Shown piece by piece: positions 1 through 9,288 of a stretch of DNA of 64,000 nt. The notes under the pieces were generated by a model. The model was not told where the DNA came from. It searched no databases and was given only the letters and a program-made list of their open reading frames with translations. Position numbers and translations under genes: made by a program. This stretch comes from Gemmatales bacterium (GTDB lineage: Bacteria; Planctomycetota; Planctomycetia; Gemmatales; HRBIN36): NCBI GenBank assembly GCA_041640595.1, contig JBEPZY010000001.1:384001-448000 (forward strand), written 5' to 3'. Positions within the stretch are counted from its first letter, which is position 1; each line of letters begins with the position of its first letter.

Positions 1-686
1 ATCCAGGACTTGTCCAGGCCGCTGCGTAATTCTGACTCTAAACCTAGCTTACGCGCTAGTTCGAATAGATGATCGGCTTGTGGCGAACTGGTAAACATAA
101 TCGCATGTATCTGTTCGGAGGCCAGTCGCCGAATTAAGTCGGTAATCATCTGGGTGTCGCTGGCAGGAGTATAGATGTATGGCATGACTTCATAGACTAA
201 AGCGCCGCGCGACTCTAAATATTGTCGCAATTCAGGATTTGGCTGGCCGTAAAGTGTAACACCGATGCACTTGCCCTTTATATCTTGGTTATCCAAGAAG
301 GAAATGACCCCTGCAGTGGTGGGATTAGCCGCTTGATAATCTGTCTCCAGACCGAGAGCACGCAAGGCTTGCACCGGTTTGGGGCCGCGCGTCAACTTTC
401 TGGTTTGCGCCAGTGCCTGAAGAAATGCCTCACGTAATCCCTCGTGTTCAGCAAAGCTCACCAGCCGACGCACAGCTTCGCCAGTCATCAGAATAACCAG
501 GTCAAATTCTCCGCCCAGGAGTCGGCGAAGCCAGGCAAGTATTGAGTCGCGGTCAGGGTTATCCACGATGGCTACCATGGGACAGCGATAGGTGACCGCC
601 CCTGCTTCCTCCAGGAGTTCCACTAAATCGTCAAGCTGACGGTGCTCGAGGACAGCCACGGTGAGACCGGCCAAGGGTTTATTCAT
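1..686 (-). CDS. hemD: Uroporphyrinogen-III synthase (HemD family), 3' end runs off the window
   Basis: Not in the ORF track because it has no stop in the window. Hand translation from ATG 686 gives MNKPLAGLTVAVLEHRQLDDLVELLEEAGAVTYRCPMV...FDLVILMTGEAV...TRGPKPVQAL...IMFTSSPQA, which matches the HemD pattern. Confidence 0.85.
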   Translation of the reverse strand, partial: MNKPLAGLTVAVLEHRQLDDLVELLEEAGAVTYRCPMVAIVDNPDRDSILAWLRRLLGGEFDLVILMTGEAVRRLVSFAEHEGLREAFLQALAQTRKLTRGPKPVQALRALGLETDYQAANPTTAGVISFLDNQDIKGKCIGVTLYGQPNPELRQYLESRGALVYEVMPYIYTPASDTQMITDLIRRLASEQIHAIMFTSSPQADHLFELARKLGLESELRSGLDKSW

Positions 687-742
687 CTCGGATGTCTCCC
701 ACGTTCATCTCCATGTTGTTTCGTTGGCTGGCACCTGGGGTT

Positions 743-2518
743 TTACAATTGGAGCCATTCCTGCCGCACCACATCGAAAACACCACGGGCGGTCAATTTG
801 AGTTCAGGGATCACTGGCAACGCAAGAAAAGAGAGAGCCCCAAACGGACATGCCAGAGTACAGCCCAGCGATTGAGCGGCTCGGCGGACGGCGTGCAATT
901 GCTCGCAAACAGTTTCTGCCCGTTCCAGGGATAGGAGCCCGGCAAATGGTAGTGGCAGGCGCTCGACGAGCCGGCCTTCCCTGACCACAGCAAATCCTCC
1001 GCCTACTTCGGCGATCGCTTGCACCGCCTGAAGCATATCTGAGGGATTTGTGCCCGTCACGATGATGTTGTGAGAATCGTGGGCCACGGACGAAGCCAAA
1101 GCTCCGTGTCGCCGGAAACCGAAGCCGCTAACCAGTCCCAGGCCAATCCTGCCACTGGCGCGATGGCGTTCGATACTGGCGATAACGGCAACGTCTTCGT
1201 CGGGGCTAAACACCCATTCGCCATTCTGTAAACGAACACAGCGTTGCTCCCGGCGTGTGATCAGTTGACCTGGAACGACACCGATCACAGGGCAGGTGCT
1301 GGCTGTGGGGCGCAGGCGAAAAACATTTTCATCCAATCGCGGCAAATGAACGGTGTTTTCCGCCCGGACCGTTTGGACTTCTTCCGGCCCAAGGTATTTT
1401 CCTTCGTGGGCCACCAAGCGACCGTTTTTATATACCTGCCAAACGTGAAGTTCCGACAAATCGTCAACAATCACTAAATCAGCTCGGTAACCCGGGGCAA
1501 CTGCTCCCCGGTCAATCAAACCGTAGTGTTGGGCCGGTACCCAACTTACCTGTCTGATCGCGACTTCCGGACGTACCCCGGCTTTGACGATTTGGCGCAG
1601 CAGGCGATCCAGGTGCCCCCAGCGTCGCAGGTCGTCGGGCAGGATATCGTCCGTTACCAGAGTCCAGCGATCTCCTAGTTCTCCGTCGAGGATGAGCGGC
1701 AACAGCGTATCGAGGTTATGGGCAATGGAACCGTCGCGGACCTGTACCAGCATGCCCAATCGCGCTTTCTGTCGGGCTTCCTCCACACTGGAAGATTCGT
1801 GGTCGGCTCGCATTCCCGCTGCAACATACGCTTGCAGCGCCTTTCCCACAACGCTGGGTGCATGCCCGTCTATCACTCGCCTGGCGTGTTGCGCGGCCAG
1901 GATTTTTTCAAGCATGTAGGGCTCAGCCTTCCAGACGGCAGGCATGTCCATTACTTCCGCCAAGCCCAAGATTCGAGGCCGTTTCAATAACTCCTCGATA
2001 TCTTCAACGCCGATGATCGCCCCGGCATCCTCCCACGCCGTTGCTGGCACACACGAAGAAGCCATAAAGAACACGTCAAGGGGCAGGTTTTGGCTGGCTT
2101 TGATGAGCAAGTCAATACCGTGGACGCCCAGAACGTTTCCGATTTCATGCGAGTCGGAAATAATCGCTGTGGTACCGTGGGGTACGACTAGCCTTGACAG
2201 TTCGCTGGGCAGCAGCAAAGTGCTTTCCAGGTGCATGTGCGAATCTATCCAACCGGGGGCAACGTAGCGACCGCCAACGTCTATAACCTCCTTTGCCGAC
2301 CAGTTTTCCTGACCGACACCTGCAATCCAGCCATCTGCGATGATGATACTTGCTGGTTCTACGCGCGCAGTGAAAACGTTGACTACCTGAGCATTGACCA
2401 GCAACAGGTCGCCTGGTTCTTCACCGAGCCCCACACGTATTCGCCTTTGCAGCTTTGGCAAATCCACGGCGGTTTCAGACATTTCACGGTAGGCATCTGC
2501 CGGCCAGGTTGCACTCAT
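743..2518 (-). CDS. ade: Adenine deaminase
   Basis: DSHMHLES, DSHEIGNV, DGHAP, ADHE, TDD and SSVAHDSHN motifs; 591 aa. Confidence 0.95.
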   Translation of the reverse strand: MSATWPADAYREMSETAVDLPKLQRRIRVGLGEEPGDLLLVNAQVVNVFTARVEPASIIIADGWIAGVGQENWSAKEVIDVGGRYVAPGWIDSHMHLESTLLLPSELSRLVVPHGTTAIISDSHEIGNVLGVHGIDLLIKASQNLPLDVFFMASSCVPATAWEDAGAIIGVEDIEELLKRPRILGLAEVMDMPAVWKAEPYMLEKILAAQHARRVIDGHAPSVVGKALQAYVAAGMRADHESSSVEEARQKARLGMLVQVRDGSIAHNLDTLLPLILDGELGDRWTLVTDDILPDDLRRWGHLDRLLRQIVKAGVRPEVAIRQVSWVPAQHYGLIDRGAVAPGYRADLVIVDDLSELHVWQVYKNGRLVAHEGKYLGPEEVQTVRAENTVHLPRLDENVFRLRPTASTCPVIGVVPGQLITRREQRCVRLQNGEWVFSPDEDVAVIASIERHRASGRIGLGLVSGFGFRRHGALASSVAHDSHNIIVTGTNPSDMLQAVQAIAEVGGGFAVVREGRLVERLPLPFAGLLSLERAETVCEQLHAVRRAAQSLGCTLACPFGALSFLALPVIPELKLTARGVFDVVRQEWLQL

Positions 2519-3099
2519 GGCATCTCCTCAGCTGCACGGGCGTTGAATGTTTCGCATTGAGACGAATTTTGAGCAGGGATATAACCGATAAAATCCAGTT
2601 CGCGGTAAGCTTCTGCCCAGTCAATGCCATAACCGACCACAAATTGGTCGGGGATACGGAAGCCGACGAAATCTATTGTCACCTCTACCCGTCGCCGTGC
2701 CGGTTTGTCGAGCAAAGCGCACACACGGAGGCTGGCCGGTTGTTTTTTCCGCAAATGTGCCAACAACCATGCGGTGGTTAGACCAGTGTCCACGATGTCT
2801 TCTACTACCAGGACATGCCTGCCTGCCAGAGGAATGCTCGTATCAAGCTCGAGCCGCACCTGCCCACTGGTTTCGGTGCTCTCACCATAACTGGAAAGCT
2901 TGACGAAGTCGCATTGCAAAGGAAACCGCAGCTCTCGTACCAAGTCGGCGAGAAATACAAACGCTCCCTTCAGTACGCCTACTAGAACGGGGTGCTTGCC
3001 CGCGTATTCACTGCGTATTTCGCTCGCCAACTCGCTGATACGCTGGTGAATTTGCTCCGGCAATAGTAAACGTTGTACCGCGTTGTGCTTGTGTTCCAT
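2515..3099 (-). CDS. hpt: Hypoxanthine phosphoribosyltransferase
   Basis: VLKGAFVFLADL, VVEDIVDTGLT PRPP loop, FVVGYGID. Start set at MEHKH (3099); 4-bp overlap with ade. Confidence 0.95.
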   Translation of the reverse strand: MEHKHNAVQRLLLPEQIHQRISELASEIRSEYAGKHPVLVGVLKGAFVFLADLVRELRFPLQCDFVKLSSYGESTETSGQVRLELDTSIPLAGRHVLVVEDIVDTGLTTAWLLAHLRKKQPASLRVCALLDKPARRRVEVTIDFVGFRIPDQFVVGYGIDWAEAYRELDFIGYIPAQNSSQCETFNARAAEEMP

Positions 3100-3285
3100 G
3101 GTCTCCCGCCCACCAATGCCTAGCACCGCTCGCCGGTTCACTGTTCAGAGGTTACCCAGCCACCGGCCACTCCCTCTATTTTCAGCTTATGGCGCAGATG
3201 CGTTGCCGAACATCGGCTCTGCGGTATGACACGGCGAGCAAGGAGGATACGTTTGCAAGCGGCCGAACAATGAGCTAGTCTTACC

Positions 3286-3750
3286 ATGGGAAACACTACT
3301 CATCGCTTGGTGCCTCGTGATTACGGTTTCGCGCGAGGGGAGCAGAAACCACGAATCGCCCGGGGTTTGAGCGTGGAAAACAAGGAAAGTGCTTTCGAGC
3401 AATTGTCGGAAGCAGCGGCAGTCCAGTCAACCAAGCGGGATCGCCGGGCTTACCAGCGCAAACCGCCGCGTGGCCGGTGTCAGGTAAAATTGTTTCGCGG
3501 TACTCTCGGTTTGGGGCGAAACCTTGCCTTGGAGCTGCTCGATGTTTCCTTGAGTGGTGCGAGGATTCGGGTTGAAGAAAAGCTGCGGCCAGGTGAGGAT
3601 GTTCAATTGCACCTCCTGGGACAGGGACACTTGCGCCCCGTAAAAATATTGGCCAAAGTGGTCTGGTGCCGCGCGGAAGCCGAGGGCGCTGTCGTTGGAG
3701 TGCACTTTGATAAAATGCTGGCGTATCTCGACTTCCTGCACATTACTTAG
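3286..3750 (+). CDS. PilZ-domain c-di-GMP-binding protein
   Basis: RxxxR (RRAYQR) and DxSxxG (DVSLSG) motifs, plus AKVVWCR and VGVHF; start uncertain. Confidence 0.85.
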   Translation: MGNTTHRLVPRDYGFARGEQKPRIARGLSVENKESAFEQLSEAAAVQSTKRDRRAYQRKPPRGRCQVKLFRGTLGLGRNLALELLDVSLSGARIRVEEKLRPGEDVQLHLLGQGHLRPVKILAKVVWCRAEAEGAVVGVHFDKMLAYLDFLHIT

Positions 3751-3810
3751 GTTTGACCTCCCACTGCGTTGACGGGTATCCGGACAAGTGGGTAGTGGCC
3801 AGCTAACCAG

Positions 3811-3840
3811 TGGACAGTGGCCACGCTATCCATATATACT
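3811..3840 (+). promoter_or_regulatory. Candidate sigma70 promoter upstream of nuoA
   Basis: TGGACA-N18-TATACT. Confidence 0.4.
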
Positions 3841-3855
3841 GAAAATTGCAAAGGC

Positions 3856-3881
3856 ACCTCGGCTTTTGCCGGGGTTTTTTT
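3856..3881 (+). terminator. Intrinsic terminator-like hairpin
   Basis: ACCTCGGC-TTTT-GCCGGGGT followed by a T-run. Confidence 0.55.
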
Positions 3882-3891
3882 CGGCCCAACT

Positions 3892-3909
3892 TTGTGAAAA
3901 AAATCACAA
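3892..3909. promoter_or_regulatory. Rex-type (or CRP-family) operator upstream of nuoA
   Basis: TTGTGAA-AAAA-ATCACAA is one mismatch from the Rex consensus TTGTGAA-N4-TTCACAA and contains a perfect TGTGA-N6-TCACA. Confidence 0.65.
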
Positions 3910-3924
3910 AGTCGCTGACCAGCT

Positions 3925-4311
3925 ATGGAAACTACCCTTCAATTGTGGCTGCCGGTGCTTCTGTACCTCCTCTTCCTCCTGGCGTTTGTCGCTGGGGTGC
4001 TACTTGTTGCGCATTGGCTGGCTCCACCACGTCATCGCCCGATAAAAGACATGCCGTACGAGTCCGGCATGGACCCTCTGGGCAATGCCCGACAACGCTT
4101 TGACGTCCGGTACTACCTGATCGCCGTTCTCTTTTTGCTGTTCGACGTCGAAATCCTTTTCTTATACCCGTGGGCAGTAGGTGCCCATAGTGCGAATGGC
4201 TTTCCGGCAGAGCTGCGAAACTTGGCTTTCGTAACGTTGCTTGTTTTTCTAGCCTTGCTGGTGATAGGGTACGTTTACGAGTGGGCCAGAGGAGGATTCC
4301 GATGGCGCTAG
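3925..4311 (+). CDS. nuoA: NADH-quinone oxidoreductase subunit A
   Basis: PYESG and [15 protein letters not shown] motifs; 3 TM. Confidence 0.97.
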   Translation: METTLQLWLPVLLYLLFLLAFVAGVLLVAHWLAPPRHRPIKDMPYESGMDPLGNARQRFDVRYYLIAVLFLLFDVEILFLYPWAVGAHSANGFPAELRNLAFVTLLVFLALLVIGYVYEWARGGFRWR

Positions 4312-4940
4312 GCTTGCCTGAGAACGTTTTCATTGCGAATTTAGATAAACTGGCTAACTGGGTGCGGGCTAACAGCCTGTGGCCGATGCCCTTTGCCACT
4401 GCTTGTTGTGGCATTGAACTGATGGCTGTGGGGGCTTCACGCTACGATATCGCCCGTTTTGGTGCAGAAGTGATGCGATTCAGTCCGCGCCAATGTGATT
4501 TGATGATCGTGGCCGGACGTATCGTTATGAAAATGTTGCCGGTGCTGCAACGCATCTGGTTACAAATGCCCGAACCGAAATGGTGTATCTCCATGGGTGC
4601 GTGTGCTTCCAGCGGTGGGGTCTTTGACACTTATGCTGTGGTGCAGGGAGTGGATCGCTTTATTCCTGTTGACCTGTACATTCCCGGTTGCCCACCACGG
4701 CCTGAACAGCTTATCCAGGCAGTGCTGGACTTGCAGGAACAAATTAAAAAGACGGGAACGCTGCGGGGAAAAGAATTTCAGGAACGAACCCAACCGCGGG
4801 CACCTCGACTTTTGCAAGCGGAACCGACCGACCTTATCGTCGCCCCTGGTGATTTTTCTACCGCCACTGCCCGCTGGCCGGGCGATGATAAGTATCCCTT
4901 GCGGCCAGGCTCACGCCTGCCGCTGCCCCAGGTGAACTAG
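4302..4940 (+). CDS. nuoB: NADH-quinone oxidoreductase subunit B
   Basis: [28 protein letters not shown]; start set at MALGLPE. Confidence 0.97.
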   Translation: MALGLPENVFIANLDKLANWVRANSLWPMPFATACCGIELMAVGASRYDIARFGAEVMRFSPRQCDLMIVAGRIVMKMLPVLQRIWLQMPEPKWCISMGACASSGGVFDTYAVVQGVDRFIPVDLYIPGCPPRPEQLIQAVLDLQEQIKKTGTLRGKEFQERTQPRAPRLLQAEPTDLIVAPGDFSTATARWPGDDKYPLRPGSRLPLPQVN

Positions 4941-5007
4941 CTGGGGCAGGCCTCCTGCATTTCGGCAAACCAGCAATCAGGCTCTTCTCGCAGGTCAGGA
5001 GTCTAAT

Positions 5008-5520
5008 ATGGCTGGAATATCCTTTGAAGACATTGTGCAACATCTCCGCCGCCAAACAGGTAGCGATCAACTCGAACTGAGCACTTTTCGTGACAATGTT
5101 CGTTTGGTTGTGCCCCGAGAGCACCTTTATTCGGCACTGGAATTTCTGAAGGAAGCTTGCGGCTTCGACATGTTGATAGATATCACGGCTGTGGATTATC
5201 TTTACTACCCCGATGCCAGTCACCGTTTTGGCGTCGTGTATTGCCTGCTAAATACTGCAACGGGTCAACGCTTGATCGTCAAGACATATTTAGACGAGCC
5301 TGATTTAGTGGTTCCCTCTGTTTTTCCGCTCTGGAAAGCTGCTGATTGGCTGGAACGAGAAGTTTATGATATGTTTGGCATTGTCTTCGAAGGGCATCCA
5401 GACCTGCGGCGTATTTTGATGCCTGAGTGGTTTAACGAGTATCCATTGAGGAAGGATTACCCGCTTCGAGGACGGGGTGAACGGCACGATTTTCCAGTTA
5501 TCACACGCGCGGAAAGCTGA
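5008..5520 (+). CDS. nuoC: NADH-quinone oxidoreductase subunit C
   Basis: [26 protein letters not shown] and PLRKDYP. Confidence 0.97.
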   Translation: MAGISFEDIVQHLRRQTGSDQLELSTFRDNVRLVVPREHLYSALEFLKEACGFDMLIDITAVDYLYYPDASHRFGVVYCLLNTATGQRLIVKTYLDEPDLVVPSVFPLWKAADWLEREVYDMFGIVFEGHPDLRRILMPEWFNEYPLRKDYPLRGRGERHDFPVITRAES

Positions 5521-5536
5521 CTACGGATAACTGGCC

Positions 5537-6763
5537 ATGCCACTCGAATTAGTCGAAACCTGGGACGAACAAACTGACACCAGACAATACTTGTGGACGC
5601 TCAATTTCGGCCCTCAACACCCGGCCACTCATACCACTTTACGCCTTATCCTTACATTAGAGGGCGAAAAAGTGGTCCAGGCTGTTCCCGACATAGGTTA
5701 TCTTCATAGCGGTTTTGAAAAACTCGGCGAGGATTTGAACTATAATCAGTATGTTACCATTGTGGATCGTATGAACTATATCTCCCCCGTTGCCAACGAA
5801 ATTGCCTGGCATCATGTCGTTGAAAAATTGCTCGGCATCGAGATAACACCGCGCTGCAAGTATATCCGAACCATCCTTGCTGAACTCGCTCGTATCAGCG
5901 ACCATTGCCTCAACATTGGAACGGCCGCACTAGATTTAGGTGCTTTCACACCTTTCCTCTACGCATTTTATCAGCGAGAACTTATTTACGACATTATCCA
6001 GGAGGCTTCAGGACAGCGTTTTCACCCAAGCTACACCCGTGTAGGCGGTCTGATGTATGATGTTCGGGATGAATGGATTCGCAAAGTACGGGAATTCACG
6101 CGTGCATTTCCGAAGGCTCACAGCGACATCCACCGCTTGCTGACAAGGAATCGTATTTTCGTCGAGCGGACAAAAGGAATTGGGGTTTTACCCCGTGAGT
6201 TGGCCATTAATCTTGGTTGTACCGGACCGGTTGCACGGGCGAGTGGAGTAGTCCGCGACCTGCGCAAAGATGAGCCCTATTTAGCATACGGCGAGTTACG
6301 GGATACTTTCCAGGTTGTCTGTGCCAGTGGCGGGGACTGTTATGCTCGCTACTTAGTTCGCATGGAAGAAATGCTGGAAAGCCTGCGAATCATCAAAGCC
6401 GCCATAGAAAACTTACCTTCCGGTCCTGTCAACATAGATGTCGAGTCTAAAGAAGTTTTGCCGCCTAAGCCGGAGACCTGGCGTAACATCGAGGGCCTTA
6501 TCCAGCATTTCGAATTAATTATGACCAACCGTGGATTCAAGACACCTCGGGAGGAAGTTTATGGGGCGATAGAATCTCCGAATGGAGAGCTTGGATTCTA
6601 TATCGTCGCGGATGAGACTGATAGACCGTATCGTTGTCGTACTCGACCACCGTCCTTCGTGCATTTTGCCGTGTTCCCTTACCTGGCAGTCGGTCACCAG
6701 CTAAGCGACATGGTCGCTATTTTGGGTAGCTTGAATATTATCGCCGCGGAGTTAGATCGATAG
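5537..6763 (+). CDS. nuoD: NADH-quinone oxidoreductase subunit D
   Basis: NFGPQHPATH, GYLHSGFEK, DRMNY, terminal ELDR. Confidence 0.97.
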   Translation: MPLELVETWDEQTDTRQYLWTLNFGPQHPATHTTLRLILTLEGEKVVQAVPDIGYLHSGFEKLGEDLNYNQYVTIVDRMNYISPVANEIAWHHVVEKLLGIEITPRCKYIRTILAELARISDHCLNIGTAALDLGAFTPFLYAFYQRELIYDIIQEASGQRFHPSYTRVGGLMYDVRDEWIRKVREFTRAFPKAHSDIHRLLTRNRIFVERTKGIGVLPRELAINLGCTGPVARASGVVRDLRKDEPYLAYGELRDTFQVVCASGGDCYARYLVRMEEMLESLRIIKAAIENLPSGPVNIDVESKEVLPPKPETWRNIEGLIQHFELIMTNRGFKTPREEVYGAIESPNGELGFYIVADETDRPYRCRTRPPSFVHFAVFPYLAVGHQLSDMVAILGSLNIIAAELDR

Positions 6764-6772
6764 GAGGGATTT

Positions 6773-7273
6773 ATGGCGGTGCTCAGCGAAGATATGCAGC
6801 GGGAGATTATGGCCTTCACACAGTGCTATGCTACGAAACAGGCCGCACTTTTACCATCGCTGCATTTAATTCAGGAGCGTTTTCGTTGTGTGCCCTTGAA
6901 GGCGATAGAAGAGCTGGCAAAGTTGCTCGACCTGCATCCTGCGCAGGTTTACGATGCTATGAGTTTTTACGGTTTTTTCCGCGGTGAAGATCGCCCACTT
7001 GGGAAATATCGTGTCTGGGTTTGTCGTAGTTTGCCTTGCATGTTGCGGGGTGCGGATGAGCTGCTGACAGAAATTTGTCGGCATTTAGACATCGAACCTG
7101 GAGAAACCACCCCCGATGGTTCCATTACGCTTGAAGTGGCCGAATGTATAGGTGCTTGCGAAGTGGCTCCATGCGTGCTTGTGAACGACGAATGTAAGGG
7201 CAACCTGACGTCCGAAAGCGCACTTCACTTGCTGGATGAACTTCGCCGTCAAGGAGGCGAAAATGGAATTTGA
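6773..7273 (+). CDS. nuoE: NADH-quinone oxidoreductase subunit E
   Basis: CRSLPC...CIGAC 2Fe-2S ligands. Confidence 0.95.
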   Translation: MAVLSEDMQREIMAFTQCYATKQAALLPSLHLIQERFRCVPLKAIEELAKLLDLHPAQVYDAMSFYGFFRGEDRPLGKYRVWVCRSLPCMLRGADELLTEICRHLDIEPGETTPDGSITLEVAECIGACEVAPCVLVNDECKGNLTSESALHLLDELRRQGGENGI

Positions 7274-8597
7274 ACCAGTGCTATTGCGCAATGTTGGCAT
7301 ACCAGGCATCCAGCACCTCGAAGTATATCAATCTCGGGGCGGTTATCAAGCTTTGCGACACGCGCTTGAAATGACGCCAGAACAGGTTGTGCAACTTGTC
7401 AAGGATTCCGGTTTGCGTGGCCGGGGAGGTGCTGGCTTTCCTACCGGCGTTAAGTGGGGATTCATACCTAAGGGACATCCCGGCCCTATCTATCTCTGCG
7501 TGAATGCCGATGAAAGCGAGCCTGGCACTTTCAATAATCGCATTTTGATGGAGGAAGATCCTCATCAGGTGTTGGAAGGGACGATTATTGCTGCTTACGC
7601 AATTCGGGCGCGGGTAGCCTATATTTATCTCCGCTACGAGTATGGTCGTTGTTATCGTGTATTGAAGCAGGCCATTGCTGAACTTTATTCAAATCACCTT
7701 TTGGGAGAGGCCATTCTAGGCAAGAAAGGGTTCGACTTAGACATTTATATTCACCGCGGGGCTGGGGCTTACATTTGCGGCGAGGAAACAGGCTTGATTG
7801 AAAGTTTGGAAGGCAAACGAGCCTGGCCGCGTATCAAGCCGCCTTTTCCGGCTGTGCAGGGACTCTTTCAAAAACCTACTATTGTCAACAATGTCGAAAC
7901 GCTGGCTTGCGTCAAACACATCGTGGAGCGAGGGCCCCAATGGTTTCGGTCTATCGGTGTACCGCCGGATCCAAATAACCCACGCGATGCCGGCAGTTTT
8001 GGCCCTAAACTGTACTGCTTGAGTGGCCATGTCAATCGCCCTGGCTGTTACGAGTTACCGCTGGGTATTACCGCTCGGGAATTGATCGAAAAGTACGGTG
8101 GTGGGGTATGGAAAGGACGCAGGGTTAAGGCGATTATTCCTGGTGGACTTAGCATGGGGTTCATGACAGCTGACGAACTGGACACCCCTTTAGATTTCAA
8201 TGGCCCCACACGTGTTGGTTGTCTTGGCCTCGGCACCGCAGCGGTTATCGTCTTAGACGACCTGACCAGCATGGTAGAGGCTTTATATAACTCCTGTCGG
8301 TTTTTTGCTCATGAATCGTGCGGTCAATGTACCCCTTGCCGGGAAGGCACCGCCTGGATGGCGAAAATACTCGCACGCATCCGTCGAGGTGAGGGGCATA
8401 TGCAGGACCTGGATATCCTACTGGAGATTGCCAACGGCATCGGCATCATTCCAGGTACTACTATTTGTGGTTTAGCTGATGGAGCTGCCTGGCCAGTTAA
8501 GACGGCACTGACTAAATTCCGTGCCGAGTTTGAAGAATATATCAGGAATTCGAGGCACCAAAAAACTCGCCGAACCGAGGTTCGAACAGTCCTTTAA
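7263..8597 (+). CDS. nuoF: NADH-quinone oxidoreductase subunit F
   Basis: GLRGRGGAGF, NADESEPGTF, GAGAYICGEETGL, ESCGQCTPCREG; start set at MEFEP. Confidence 0.97.
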   Translation: MEFEPVLLRNVGIPGIQHLEVYQSRGGYQALRHALEMTPEQVVQLVKDSGLRGRGGAGFPTGVKWGFIPKGHPGPIYLCVNADESEPGTFNNRILMEEDPHQVLEGTIIAAYAIRARVAYIYLRYEYGRCYRVLKQAIAELYSNHLLGEAILGKKGFDLDIYIHRGAGAYICGEETGLIESLEGKRAWPRIKPPFPAVQGLFQKPTIVNNVETLACVKHIVERGPQWFRSIGVPPDPNNPRDAGSFGPKLYCLSGHVNRPGCYELPLGITARELIEKYGGGVWKGRRVKAIIPGGLSMGFMTADELDTPLDFNGPTRVGCLGLGTAAVIVLDDLTSMVEALYNSCRFFAHESCGQCTPCREGTAWMAKILARIRRGEGHMQDLDILLEIANGIGIIPGTTICGLADGAAWPVKTALTKFRAEFEEYIRNSRHQKTRRTEVRTVL

Positions 8598-8622
8598 CAA
8601 GACCCATGCGGAGGGTAAATCT

Positions 8623-9267
8623 ATGTGCGGGCATCTAAATTCTGTTGATCTACGATGGGCAATGGCTGCTATGCTGGCAGGTGTTATAGGTTGTGGGGGC
8701 TCGTCTGGCGGGCCTTCTCAGATCGCCGGGAAAGCGAGTTCCGACCAATATCCCACTCAAAAACCCGATAGTGCCGTACCCGCAGCTTCCACAGTTCCAC
8801 TGTTTCCCCTCCCGTTACCACTCCCCGATAAACATGGTCCTTCCGAGACGCCTAGTGTTTCCACTGCGTCTTCGGTATCAGTCGCACCAACTTCATCCTC
8901 GCATCCGACTAACACTCGCCCCGTTGGGCCTTTTGGGGTTCGCCAAATTACTTTAGGCCTAAACGACTTGCGCCAAGCCGGAGCACTGTTACTTGCGTAT
9001 TATAGTGAAAACAACGGCTGGCCGCGCAACGATGTGGAATTGCAAACCGCTTTGCGCGAAATGCCGTATGTATATAAAGCTATTCAGTCGGGCGATTATA
9101 TCTTTGTCCCAGCTAAGAATCCTAATCTAGCGCCAGGGGCGCAGACGGTCATCATTTATGAAAAACTGCCAGATAAATCAGGAATTCGGCTGGTATTATT
9201 TGGCGACGGCTCCGTGAAACGAATGTCTCTAGGCGAATTCAACCAGCTTAAGCTGCCAATGCCATAA
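8623..9267 (+). CDS. Putative lipoprotein with Pro/Ser-rich linker and DUF1559-like C-terminal domain, inserted in the nuo operon
   Basis: Hydrophobic stretch ending VIGC (lipobox-like), followed by NDLRQAGALLLAYYSENNGWP and VLFGDGSV motifs; GGAGG upstream. Confidence 0.65.
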   Translation: MCGHLNSVDLRWAMAAMLAGVIGCGGSSGGPSQIAGKASSDQYPTQKPDSAVPAASTVPLFPLPLPLPDKHGPSETPSVSTASSVSVAPTSSSHPTNTRPVGPFGVRQITLGLNDLRQAGALLLAYYSENNGWPRNDVELQTALREMPYVYKAIQSGDYIFVPAKNPNLAPGAQTVIIYEKLPDKSGIRLVLFGDGSVKRMSLGEFNQLKLPMP

Positions 9268-9288
9268 CTGTGAGGAATTGTCCCAGCC

